Assembly (NCBI GenBank): GCA_964595455.1
Contig: CAZQQL010000004.1
Coordinates: 1-60,354 of the forward strand
Length of the DNA stretch: 60,354 nucleotides
Direction: 5' to 3'
From: an uncultured Dehalococcoidaceae bacterium
GTDB taxonomy: Bacteria > Chloroflexota > Dehalococcoidia > Dehalococcoidales > RBG-16-60-22
Both the position numbers and the translations under genes were made by a program. Positions 18,468 through 27,191 of the stretch are shown here, one piece after another. The notes below the pieces were generated by a model. The model saw nothing but the letters and a program-made list of their open reading frames with translations, searched no databases and was not told the origin of the DNA. Position 1 is the first letter of the stretch; the number at the start of each line of letters is the position of its first letter.

Positions 18468-20279
18468 ATGAGCATCCTTTCGCCGCTGGCGCTGCTGTTC
18501 GGTCTCCTGGCGATACCGGTCATCGCCCTCTACCTGCTCAGGATGCGCCGCCGGGAACGCCGCGTCTCCAGTGTCTTCCTCTGGCGGGAAATACTCCGCG
18601 ACCTCGAAGCCAATACGCCCTGGCAGAAGCTGCGGCCCAACCTGCTGCTGCTCCTTCAACTCCTGGTCCTGGCCCTGCTGGTGTTCTCGCTGGCGCGCCC
18701 GGTCTTCTACCGGGACAGCGATGTCCGCGGCGACCTCATCCTCATCCTCGACGCTTCCGCCGGTATGCAGGCGCAGGATATTGCTCCGACCCGCTTCGGC
18801 GCGGCGCAGGAAAAGGCCCGGGAACTAATCGATAGTCTGCCGGGCGGCCACGTGGCCTCTGTCATCCTCATGGGGGACACGCCTGAACTCCTGATAGCCC
18901 AGAGCCCGGAGAAAGACCGGCTCCGCCAGGCGATAGAAGCAGCGGGTCCACGGGCGGGTGGGGCTGATTTCGATGCCGCTCTTTCCATGGCCGCCTCCCT
19001 CGTGCAGTCCGGTTCCGATGCCGAGGTAGTCGTCCTCAGCGACGGCAACGTCGCCGGTTTGCCGCCGGACAACCTGCCTTTCTCCCTTCGCCACGAACTG
19101 ATCGGTTCCGATGCTGCCAATCTGACCGTGGGCGCATTTTCCATTCGCCGCACGGTCAACGGCCTCGAAGGCCTGGCCAGGGTGACCGGTTACGGACCGG
19201 TGACCGGTCCTGCCTCTCTGGAACTGTATATCGACAGAGCGCTTTACGATGTCCGGGAACTCGATGTCTCAGCCGGAGAAGACAACCTGGCCCGGTGGTC
19301 TTCCCTGCCCGAGGCGGCGCTGTACGAAGTCCGCCTCGTCCCCGGTGATGTCTTCCCCCTGGACGACCGCGCCTGGGTCGCCGGCGGTTCCGGGACAGGA
19401 GCGCGGGCGCTGCTCGTTACGGAGGGCAACCGTTTCCTGGAAAAAGCCCTGTCCCTGGTCCCGGGACTGGAAGTGACCCTGGCCGCGCCGGAGAGCTTTA
19501 CCGGCCAGGGGGATTACGACATCAGGATATTCGACGGCATATTGCCGGAAACGCTCCCCGAGGGGGCCGTGTTCGTCCTCGACCCGCCCGCCGGCTTCGT
19601 GGCATGGGCATCGTCCGCGCCGGGTCCCGTGGACGGCTTGCAGCAGGTTGATTCCGACCTGCTGCGCTACGTGGACATATCCGATATCCTCATACGCGAA
19701 GTCGCGCCGGTCCAGCCGCCGCCGGAAGCGCAGGTACTGCTCGAGTCCGTTCAGGGGTGCCTGGCCGCGGTCTGGGAGGAACCGCACCGGCGTATCGCCG
19801 CCATCGCTTTCGACCTCCATGATTCGGACCTGCCGCTGCAGCCGGCGTTCCCCATCCTCGTGCAGAACCTGGCCGGATGGCTCCACCCCGGTCTGGGCGC
19901 GAGCCTGGAAGCCCGTCCCGGCGACATCGTTGATGTTCCCGTCTCACCCGGAGCCACGGAAGCCCGGGTGACCATACCTTCCGGGGAACAGTTGCAGATC
20001 GCGCCGCCGTTCCCGCCCCGGCCGATGCTGGTTGATGAAATCGGGGCCTACGAACTATCTCAGAGTCTGCCAGAGGGCGAACTCATCAGTTACTTTGCCG
20101 TAAACCTCTTCCGGCCGGATGAATCAGACCTGGCGCCGGTCCCGTTGCCGTCCGTGTCCGGCAGTGTTATTGCAGACAGTGACGATTACCGCGTCCCGTA
20201 CGAACTGGCCGCCTGGCTGGCCCTTTTCGCGCTGGTCGTCCTCATGCTGGAATGGTGGGTGTACGAACGTGGGTATTAG
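18468..20279 (+). CDS. BatA-type N-terminal anchor and vWA domain protein
   Basis: N-terminal PLALLFGLLAIPVIALYLL..R...VSSVFLW, then LLLLQLL.LALL...LARP, LDASAGM, VLSDG and a C-terminal TM. Confidence 0.9.
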   Translation: MSILSPLALLFGLLAIPVIALYLLRMRRRERRVSSVFLWREILRDLEANTPWQKLRPNLLLLLQLLVLALLVFSLARPVFYRDSDVRGDLILILDASAGMQAQDIAPTRFGAAQEKARELIDSLPGGHVASVILMGDTPELLIAQSPEKDRLRQAIEAAGPRAGGADFDAALSMAASLVQSGSDAEVVVLSDGNVAGLPPDNLPFSLRHELIGSDAANLTVGAFSIRRTVNGLEGLARVTGYGPVTGPASLELYIDRALYDVRELDVSAGEDNLARWSSLPEAALYEVRLVPGDVFPLDDRAWVAGGSGTGARALLVTEGNRFLEKALSLVPGLEVTLAAPESFTGQGDYDIRIFDGILPETLPEGAVFVLDPPAGFVAWASSAPGPVDGLQQVDSDLLRYVDISDILIREVAPVQPPPEAQVLLESVQGCLAAVWEEPHRRIAAIAFDLHDSDLPLQPAFPILVQNLAGWLHPGLGASLEARPGDIVDVPVSPGATEARVTIPSGEQLQIAPPFPPRPMLVDEIGAYELSQSLPEGELISYFAVNLFRPDESDLAPVPLPSVSGSVIADSDDYRVPYELAAWLALFALVVLMLEWWVYERGY

Positions 20280-23127
20280 CTTCGCCGCCCCCTGGGCGCT
20301 CCTGCTGCTGGTACCGCTCGCCGCCTGGCTCTATTTCCAGTGGCGCCGTAAGCTTAAGGGCAGGAGCGACGGGAGAAGCCGCCTCATCACCATCGTGCGG
20401 ACGCTGCTCTTTTTGGTCCTTATCTTGACCCTGGCCGCTCCTTCCGTACGGTATTCGGTCGAGAAAAAAGCCGTCATCTTCGTCGCTGACCTCTCCGCCA
20501 GCATGGACGAGAACCGGGAAAGGGTCGAAGATTTCATCCGGCAGGCGATGCTGGAACGAGATGCGGACGACCTCGCGGGCATTGTTGTGACGGCGCAGGG
20601 CGCGCTCGTGGAATGGCCGGTGTCCGGCCGAGACGGCTTCGACAGCTTCCTCTCCGCCGTGAAGCCGGACTATACCAGCCTGGCGGACGGCCTCCGCCTG
20701 GCCGGGGCGCTTTTCCCCCGCGACGCCCAGAAACGCATCGTCCTGCTCTCTGACGGCCGGCAGAACACCGGTGACGCCCTGGAACAGGCCCGCTTCCTCG
20801 AGTCACGCGGCATCCAGGTGGACGTCGTTCCCCTGGAACGTCCGTTCGGACCCGAAGTACTGATTGCCTCCGTGGATGCCCCTTCGTCCGCCCGCATCGG
20901 TGAGAATGTGCCTCTCGAGGTCGAGGTCCGCAGCACCGGCGCCGCGAACGCCGTCCTCCGGGTCTACGTTGACGGAGCACTGGCAGCGGGCGGAGATGTT
21001 CTCCTCGAGGAAGGGGAAAAACGCTTCGCATTCGATGTCCGCCTGGAAGAGGCTGGTTTCCATACCGTGCGGGTGACCATCGAAAGCGAGGCCGATACCC
21101 TCTACCACAACAACCGCGCCGACGCCTTTGTCAGCGTCCATGGTCCCCCGGCGGTACTGGTCCTGGAAGACCGTCCCGGCGCGGGGGACAATGTCGCCGG
21201 TTCTCTCCGCGCTACCGGCCTCGAGGTAGACGTCCAGCCTGCGTCTCTGTTCCCGGATTCCCTTGACGGCCTGGGACGATACTCCGGCATCGTCCTGGTG
21301 GACGTGCCCGCCGACGCCCTCGGCGAGCAGAAAATGGAAGTACTGCGAGCTGCCGTCCGCGACCTCGGCAAAGGCCTGGTGGTGATCGGCGGAGGCCACA
21401 GCCTGACCATGGGCGGCTACGAGGACACGCCGCTGGAGCAGGTGCTGCCGGTGACATCGGAGGTCCCCGAGCGTCGCGAGAAAGGCAAGGTCGCCCTCGT
21501 GCTGGTCATTGACAAGTCCGGCAGCATGTCCGGCGCCGGTACGGACGGTGTGGCCAAGGTCGAAATGGCCAAGGAAGCCGCCCGCCTCAGTCTCGAGGAA
21601 CTGGAGATGTACGACATCGCCGGTGTGGTAGCCTTCGATGCCGCGAACTGGTGGCTGGTCCCTCTGGAGGAAATCGGCAGCGAAGAACACCTGGAGACTA
21701 TGCAGAAGTCCATCGGTACGCTCGCCGCCGACGGCGGCACCGATATCTACCCCGCCCTGGCCGCAGCGGTGCAGGCCATTGCGGATGCCCCGGCGCCGCG
21801 CAAGCATATCATCCTCCTGACAGACGGCATCTCACAGCCAGGCGACTACGCCGGCCTGCTGGCAACCATGGAAGAAAAGGAGATAACCCTCTCCTCCATC
21901 GCCGTCGGCCGGGACTCGGACGCCAACCTCCTCCAGTGGCTGGCCGACCGGGGAGGCGGCCGGTTTTATTTCACCGACCGCGCCCGCGACATCCCGCAGA
22001 TATTGACCGGAGAGACGCGTCTGGCCGCCCGCAACGCCATCGTCGAGGAACCCACCACGCCGCTCGTAGCCGGGAACAGCCCGGTGCTGCAGGCGACCGG
22101 GGGCGTCTTTCCCACGCTGGACGGCTATGTCATGACGATGCCGCGTAACACCGCACGCGTGGTACTCGTCTCGCCCGGCGGCGACCCCCTGCTGGCCCAG
22201 TGGCAGTACGGCCTCGGGCGGAGCGTCGTCTGGACGAGCGACAGCGAAGGCCGCTGGACTACCGGCCTGCTGGAATGGGAACGTGCGCCCGCCTTCTGGT
22301 CGGCGCTGGTGGACTGGACGCTCCCGCCGGAAGAAGCGCCGTTCCTCATCAAAACCGAGGTTGAAGCCGGGGAAGCCGCCGTCCTCGTGGAAGGACAGTC
22401 CCAGGAAGGAGCGGACCTGGCCGTGCGAGTGATCGGACCGGACCTGCAATCTGTTGAAGTCCCGCTCCAGGCGACCTCACCGGACCGATGGGAAGCCGGT
22501 TTCCCGGTCAACGAGCAGGGTTCCTACTTCCTCCAGGTCACCGAGCAGGCGCCGGACGGGGGCATCCGAACCACCGCGGGCGGACTGGTCGTGCCGTACT
22601 CGCCGGAGTTCAAGGACCTCGAAGCCGATGAAGACCTGCTGGAGCGACTCGCGGCTGTGACCGGGGGTAAGGTGCTGGCTAGTCCGCAAGAGGCATTCAG
22701 CCCCGGCCTGCCACCGGCTTACGGCGCTCTGCCGCTGGCCTGGTGGCTATTGATGGCGGCCGCCGTCCTGTTGCCACTGGATGTCGCCGTCCGCCGTCTG
22801 AACGTGCGCCCCGCTGAGGCGCTCGCCTGGTTGGCGAATGCCCGTGCCGCTATGGCACAGAAGCGCTTGGCACGGCAGGAAGAGCCTGCCTCGCCGGTCC
22901 TCGGTGAAATGCGCCGGCGCCGGGAGCGGCGCGTCAAAGTGGCGCCCGCTCGTCAACCATCGGGCGCCTCACAGAAAGAACCGGCGCCTTACCGCCAGCC
23001 CACTCCCGCTATGGAAAGAAAATCCGCCCCTCCAGAAACGCCGCGTCCTGATGAAGCGCCCGCAGAAACACCGGAATCATCCACCGAGCGCTGGCTGCGG
23101 GCCAAACGCCGCGCCCGCGGTAAATGA
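20269..23127 (+). CDS. Double-vWA and GATase-like domain membrane protein
   Basis: ADLSASM, LLSDG, IDKSGSM, LLTDG and the GATase-like GLVVIGG..SLTMGGY..TPLEQVLPV. The start is placed at GTG 20269, overlapping the upstream stop, rather than at the track's 20119. Confidence 0.88.
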   Translation: MGISFAAPWALLLLVPLAAWLYFQWRRKLKGRSDGRSRLITIVRTLLFLVLILTLAAPSVRYSVEKKAVIFVADLSASMDENRERVEDFIRQAMLERDADDLAGIVVTAQGALVEWPVSGRDGFDSFLSAVKPDYTSLADGLRLAGALFPRDAQKRIVLLSDGRQNTGDALEQARFLESRGIQVDVVPLERPFGPEVLIASVDAPSSARIGENVPLEVEVRSTGAANAVLRVYVDGALAAGGDVLLEEGEKRFAFDVRLEEAGFHTVRVTIESEADTLYHNNRADAFVSVHGPPAVLVLEDRPGAGDNVAGSLRATGLEVDVQPASLFPDSLDGLGRYSGIVLVDVPADALGEQKMEVLRAAVRDLGKGLVVIGGGHSLTMGGYEDTPLEQVLPVTSEVPERREKGKVALVLVIDKSGSMSGAGTDGVAKVEMAKEAARLSLEELEMYDIAGVVAFDAANWWLVPLEEIGSEEHLETMQKSIGTLAADGGTDIYPALAAAVQAIADAPAPRKHIILLTDGISQPGDYAGLLATMEEKEITLSSIAVGRDSDANLLQWLADRGGGRFYFTDRARDIPQILTGETRLAARNAIVEEPTTPLVAGNSPVLQATGGVFPTLDGYVMTMPRNTARVVLVSPGGDPLLAQWQYGLGRSVVWTSDSEGRWTTGLLEWERAPAFWSALVDWTLPPEEAPFLIKTEVEAGEAAVLVEGQSQEGADLAVRVIGPDLQSVEVPLQATSPDRWEAGFPVNEQGSYFLQVTEQAPDGGIRTTAGGLVVPYSPEFKDLEADEDLLERLAAVTGGKVLASPQEAFSPGLPPAYGALPLAWWLLMAAAVLLPLDVAVRRLNVRPAEALAWLANARAAMAQKRLARQEEPASPVLGEMRRRRERRVKVAPARQPSGASQKEPAPYRQPTPAMERKSAPPETPRPDEAPAETPESSTERWLRAKRRARGK

Positions 23128-23151
23128 TCGGGCGATAGCCGATTGAATTGC

Positions 23152-23210
23152 GAAAGCCCATCCGCTCCTGATTTTCCACCGTTCGGCGCCTCAGTCGCGG
23201 ACGAGCTTTC
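23152..23210. terminator. Imperfect hairpin between convergent genes
   Basis: GAAAGC..TCCGC ... GCGGA..GCTTTC. Confidence 0.4.
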
Positions 23211-23236
23211 TTCGTTTTCTATGATAATTGTGTAAT

Positions 23237-23629
23237 TTAAAACTTGATCTCTTTCGGCTCGGAGGTGAAGGAGGCGATCGTCGCCACAGCGTCTTTCAGG
23301 TACAGTACCTGGGTATTGCTGTCCGTGGCGGAGTACATGTTCTTGAGGTTCGGATAAGCGTCCAGCATGCTCTGCTTGGCTTCCACGCGGTCGTCCTCGA
23401 CGGCCGTCGCCTGGATGCGGATCCATTTGCCTTCGCTCATGGCGCAGATCTCGATGTTGGGGTTCTTCTTCATCTGCTGTGAAACGGGTTTCTTCTTCCC
23501 CGTCTGGATATACAGCTTGCCGTCGAAGATGTGGGCGGTACCGAACGGGCGGACCTTCGGCTTGTTGCCATCGACCGTCGCCAGATAGTAAGTACCGGCC
23601 TTCTTGAGAAAATCGTGGACTTCCTGCAT
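23237..23629 (-). CDS. Pyridoxamine 5'-phosphate oxidase-like FMN-binding split-barrel protein (NimC/NimA-like)
   Basis: YYLATVDGNKPKVRPF...KLYIQTGKKK.V..QMKKNPNIEIC. A GGAGG RBS is present. Confidence 0.9.
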   Translation of the reverse strand: MQEVHDFLKKAGTYYLATVDGNKPKVRPFGTAHIFDGKLYIQTGKKKPVSQQMKKNPNIEICAMSEGKWIRIQATAVEDDRVEAKQSMLDAYPNLKNMYSATDSNTQVLYLKDAVATIASFTSEPKEIKF

Positions 23630-23783
23630 TGTTCAACCTCCATTTTTTTACACGCCGGCAAAAATTACCGGCAATGGGCATTGTACCACGTATAGTAGTA
23701 CCTACGGAAGTGACGCACCGTTCACATCCGGCTGCTATTCTTCATAACTATCCTCGATTCCGTGCTGTGCCTACGCCTCTTCG

Positions 23784-26195
23784 TTATATCTTTTTCAGCC
23801 AGGGGTAATCGGAGAGCCGCAGTTCCCGCCAGGTCTCGCCATCGGGGAAGCCGGCAGTAAAGACCAGTTCCGGATCGTCCGTCTCCTCGGCATTCGGGAT
23901 ATTACAGCCATCATAGCTGCCGAAACCGCGGGGAACGTAAATCGTAAAGGGCAGCAATTCGCCGCCGCAGGAAACATCATGATGATACGCGCCGATGATG
24001 TCCTCATTGTTCTTTTTTGCGACTCCGGTACAGTACCCGGAACCGTTCCATTTACGGTCCGCATAGGCAAAAGCCTGCCCGTACGGGGACATCTGCCAGT
24101 CGATCCTGCGCGGGAACATCCTGCCGTAAACCCAGCTGTACCGCGACATGTGGATGACATAGTCCAGACTGGGCCACCTGCCATTACCAAAAACCCTTCC
24201 CGGATAAAACGGGTCCGGGTGCTCTTCCCTTGATTGGGACAGAGTGTAAGCCCAGGCTACCGCCTGACCGACCAGCCCCTTTTCGCCGGTCTCCAGTCCT
24301 TCGGTGTTCCACTCCCTGCGGATCCAGCGGGCCGGGGCCATGTTCAGGAGAAAACTGAGTTTTAACACCTCATCCGGGTCCGCCAGCGGGCTGGCCAGGG
24401 TCTGACCGTACATGAACGCGCCCATCGAGCCAGTGTTCTTGCCAGACTCAAGGTAGTCGATAACACCGTCGCCGTTCTCATCCTGGCGCGCCAATAATTG
24501 TGCTTTGTGGTCTTTACCGGTCAGGGCGTCGTCTGCCTCAAGGTACGCCAGCAGGCCAGCCTGGAGGTCCATGAGCGGTTTTCCGATGGCATAGTACATG
24601 GTTTTCGTCACCAGGTCCGTGAAGACGCCGTTCTCTGTCCGCCCAAGATGCCCATTCACAGACACCAGTTCGCCGCCCTGCCAGAGGTCTTTCCCGGTCA
24701 CGTAGAACTCCAACTGGCCCAGACCCCGTTCCTCGCAATGTTTCAGGGCATGGTAGCGGGAATAACAGGAATCGTACCCTTCTGCGGTGATGATGTTCTT
24801 TCCATCCCGCCTGGCGGAAGGTATCTTCTGGATAATATCGGACCTGACCCCGTACTTCTCCCGGATGCCGGCCGTTTCCGCCATGGGTACCATATTGAAC
24901 AGGTAGCGGGCGCAGCAGTTATCCAGGGCCACGGGGTCATGGCTGGCGAAAACGAATCCTTCCGGTACGATGACCCCGGTATAACCGGAATGATAAATGT
25001 TGGTGCATTCGAGCGCCTCGGCCACGTGCAGCATCATGACGTCCTGGCCTTTGACCGCCTGGAGGCCGTCCGCCATCGTGGCTTCCATGCCGCCGGTCCG
25101 CTTCCAGATGAAATCACCGTTTTTATCGCGGAGCGGTTTTAGTGTATCTTCATCGGTCTGGAGGGACCAGCGTGCGTGGGGCAACTTAAGCTTGCCGAAC
25201 GGTACCCGCACATCTGGAATAGAATACTTCCACCTGAATTCACCCGGCTTCCGGCTGGCGTTGGCCTGCATGGCATAGATGCCCATGCCGATGTTCTTGA
25301 CAGCGCAGGTAAGGAGTTCCAGGACGTGTATCTTGAGAATCGGCAGGTTGACCAGGACGCAGCCCGGCCAGTCCTGCCTGTCCTGCGGGTCCGCCGGGTC
25401 TCCGCCGACCACCGATTTATGGACGGTGATGACCTGGTTGTTGATGCCGCCTTCCACCGGGACGTCCCGGCTGTTATCGTCATCGGGCCGGTTCAGGTCA
25501 TAGAGCATCAGCCTGTCCCCGGCTTTTCCGGGCGGCAAGGTAACACCGGCGACGCTCTCCTCGTAACCACGCATCGGATCGTCGGTATGGTCCCCGGCAT
25601 GGCATTCCGCCAGGTACTTCCGGGCAAAATAGAAACCCCAGCCGCCGTAGTCGTTCCCGTACCTGCCCTCGAAGATGGCCTCGGGAGGTATGTTCCTGCC
25701 CAGTTTCCTGGAAATGGTGTCGGAGTCCAGGGGCGAGGTCATGCTGGCTTCGCCCACCGCCATCTGGTGATAGGTTATGCCGGCCGTATCATGGAACCAC
25801 CGCATGACGGCGGCGGTAAATTCCCAATGGGAATTGGCGCCGGGCACTCCGGGGCCGTGGGTATCCCAGTCTATGAGCGGCAGTACGACCCAGTTGGGTT
25901 TGAAAAAGAGCCGTTTACCGGCGGATATCTGCCGTTTTACCTCAGTCCGGAAGGGGCTTTCCGATTCCAGCGTTTCCAGGGCGGTACTCACGGTTCGGTA
26001 AATGGCATCTACGCCCTGCCGGACCGTCTGCCAGGCTGGTTCCGAGCCGGTGTTGATGTACTCCTGCAGGAGCTTCGCCAGGTAAATGTAGGTCTGAGAC
26101 GGGTCCATGCGGGCGGCGCCGATGGCTGAACCGGTACTATCCAGTTCCTTTTGCCCGATGGGCGATTGGATGATGCGGCCGGCGGGTTTCTTCAT
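23784..26195 (-). CDS. Large DUF362-domain protein (~803 aa) with a C-terminal extension containing an EF-hand-like loop
   Basis: FFKPNWV, LVNLPILKIH...TCAVKNIG and FASHDPVALD DUF362-type motifs. The start is placed at ATG 26195. Confidence 0.75.
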   Translation of the reverse strand: MKKPAGRIIQSPIGQKELDSTGSAIGAARMDPSQTYIYLAKLLQEYINTGSEPAWQTVRQGVDAIYRTVSTALETLESESPFRTEVKRQISAGKRLFFKPNWVVLPLIDWDTHGPGVPGANSHWEFTAAVMRWFHDTAGITYHQMAVGEASMTSPLDSDTISRKLGRNIPPEAIFEGRYGNDYGGWGFYFARKYLAECHAGDHTDDPMRGYEESVAGVTLPPGKAGDRLMLYDLNRPDDDNSRDVPVEGGINNQVITVHKSVVGGDPADPQDRQDWPGCVLVNLPILKIHVLELLTCAVKNIGMGIYAMQANASRKPGEFRWKYSIPDVRVPFGKLKLPHARWSLQTDEDTLKPLRDKNGDFIWKRTGGMEATMADGLQAVKGQDVMMLHVAEALECTNIYHSGYTGVIVPEGFVFASHDPVALDNCCARYLFNMVPMAETAGIREKYGVRSDIIQKIPSARRDGKNIITAEGYDSCYSRYHALKHCEERGLGQLEFYVTGKDLWQGGELVSVNGHLGRTENGVFTDLVTKTMYYAIGKPLMDLQAGLLAYLEADDALTGKDHKAQLLARQDENGDGVIDYLESGKNTGSMGAFMYGQTLASPLADPDEVLKLSFLLNMAPARWIRREWNTEGLETGEKGLVGQAVAWAYTLSQSREEHPDPFYPGRVFGNGRWPSLDYVIHMSRYSWVYGRMFPRRIDWQMSPYGQAFAYADRKWNGSGYCTGVAKKNNEDIIGAYHHDVSCGGELLPFTIYVPRGFGSYDGCNIPNAEETDDPELVFTAGFPDGETWRELRLSDYPWLKKI

Positions 26196-26333
26196 AGAAC
26201 AACTCCGTTTCTGGATTTTTTTGCTCCCTGCGCGTGCCTTCTTGTATTTTACACATTTCGGGCAGGTCTGGATAGACAAAGCCCGCGCTGCCCGACAGGC
26301 TCTGCTTGATATTGCCAGGACTTCCCCTTTTTA

Positions 26334-26362
26334 TTGACAGGAAACGGGTTTAATGTTAAACT
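26334..26362 (+). promoter_or_regulatory. Sigma70-type promoter for the IclR gene
   Basis: TTGACA (26334-26339), a 17-nt spacer, then TGnTAAACT extended -10. Confidence 0.7.
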
Positions 26363-26382
26363 GACTCAATCTCCTCTTATTT

Positions 26383-26398
26383 TGAAAATCCATTTTCA
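26383..26398. promoter_or_regulatory. Palindromic operator candidate TGAAAAT-CC-ATTTTCA
   Basis: Perfect 7-2-7 inverted repeat between the promoter and the IclR ATG. Confidence 0.55.
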
Positions 26399-26412
26399 TT
26401 TTTACAGACTTT

Positions 26413-27162
26413 ATGTCAAAAAACGTCGATCGCGTACTGGACATCATGGAATTGTTCATCCGGCAGGAAGGCGGACTAAGCCTGACCGAAATATCACAAT
26501 CGACCGGTCTCAATCCGGCTACCAGTTCGAGGTACCTGGCCACCCTCGTCCAGCGCGGTTATATCATCGAGTCTCACAAAAAAGGCCTCTACCACCTCGG
26601 ATTGAAGTCGATTGACTTCAGCTATGCGGCCCGGCGCAACCTCAAGTTCATCAATTTCACCTACCTGCCTCTATGCAATCTGTCACGGGAAATTTGCTGT
26701 GATGTCTATCTAACGGTACTCGATGACAATACCTCTTTGGTTGTCGAGGAGATAGGTACTACCGAGGCCATGCGTATCAATTCCCCGGTGGGAAGACGCA
26801 TGCCGCTCCACAGCACCGCCTGCGGTAAGGTACATCTGGCCGGGATGAGCGGCGAACAGAGGAAAGCCTTTTTCGCATCCGTAAAGCTGGAATCCATGAC
26901 CAAAAATACCATCACGGACCTGGAGCGTCTCGAAGAAGAAATCGAGACGGTCCGGCGGGAAGGGGTAGCCTACTGCCGTGAGGAACAGCGGCTCGGCCTC
27001 TGGGCGGTCGCCGCCCCGATTTACTCCGGCCAACAACAGGTTGCCTCCGCGGGCATCATCGTGCAGGTTTCCCGCAAGGGACCGGAGGCTGAGAAAGAGC
27101 TTGCTTCCAAGATAGCAGGCTACACCGGAGAGATATCACAGATCCTGGAAAGGGTTTATTAG
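26413..27162 (+). CDS. IclR family transcriptional regulator
   Basis: N-terminal HTH (LSLTEISQSTGLNPATSSRYLATLVQRGYI) and the C-terminal LHSTACGKVHLA effector domain. Confidence 0.95.
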   Translation: MSKNVDRVLDIMELFIRQEGGLSLTEISQSTGLNPATSSRYLATLVQRGYIIESHKKGLYHLGLKSIDFSYAARRNLKFINFTYLPLCNLSREICCDVYLTVLDDNTSLVVEEIGTTEAMRINSPVGRRMPLHSTACGKVHLAGMSGEQRKAFFASVKLESMTKNTITDLERLEEEIETVRREGVAYCREEQRLGLWAVAAPIYSGQQQVASAGIIVQVSRKGPEAEKELASKIAGYTGEISQILERVY

Positions 27163-27191
27163 TAGCAAGGCCACTTTACCGGAGGATTGAC

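Noticed and set aside
17376-18659. 427-aa minus-strand ORF and the many other 100-330-aa overlapping ORFs in the track
   Set aside because: They lie antisense or out of frame to well-supported genes and show no motifs or RBS.
20119-20268. N-terminal extension of the double-vWA gene given by the ORF track
   Set aside because: It overlaps 150 nt of the upstream gene. The BatA-like hydrophobic N-terminus starts at GTG 20269.
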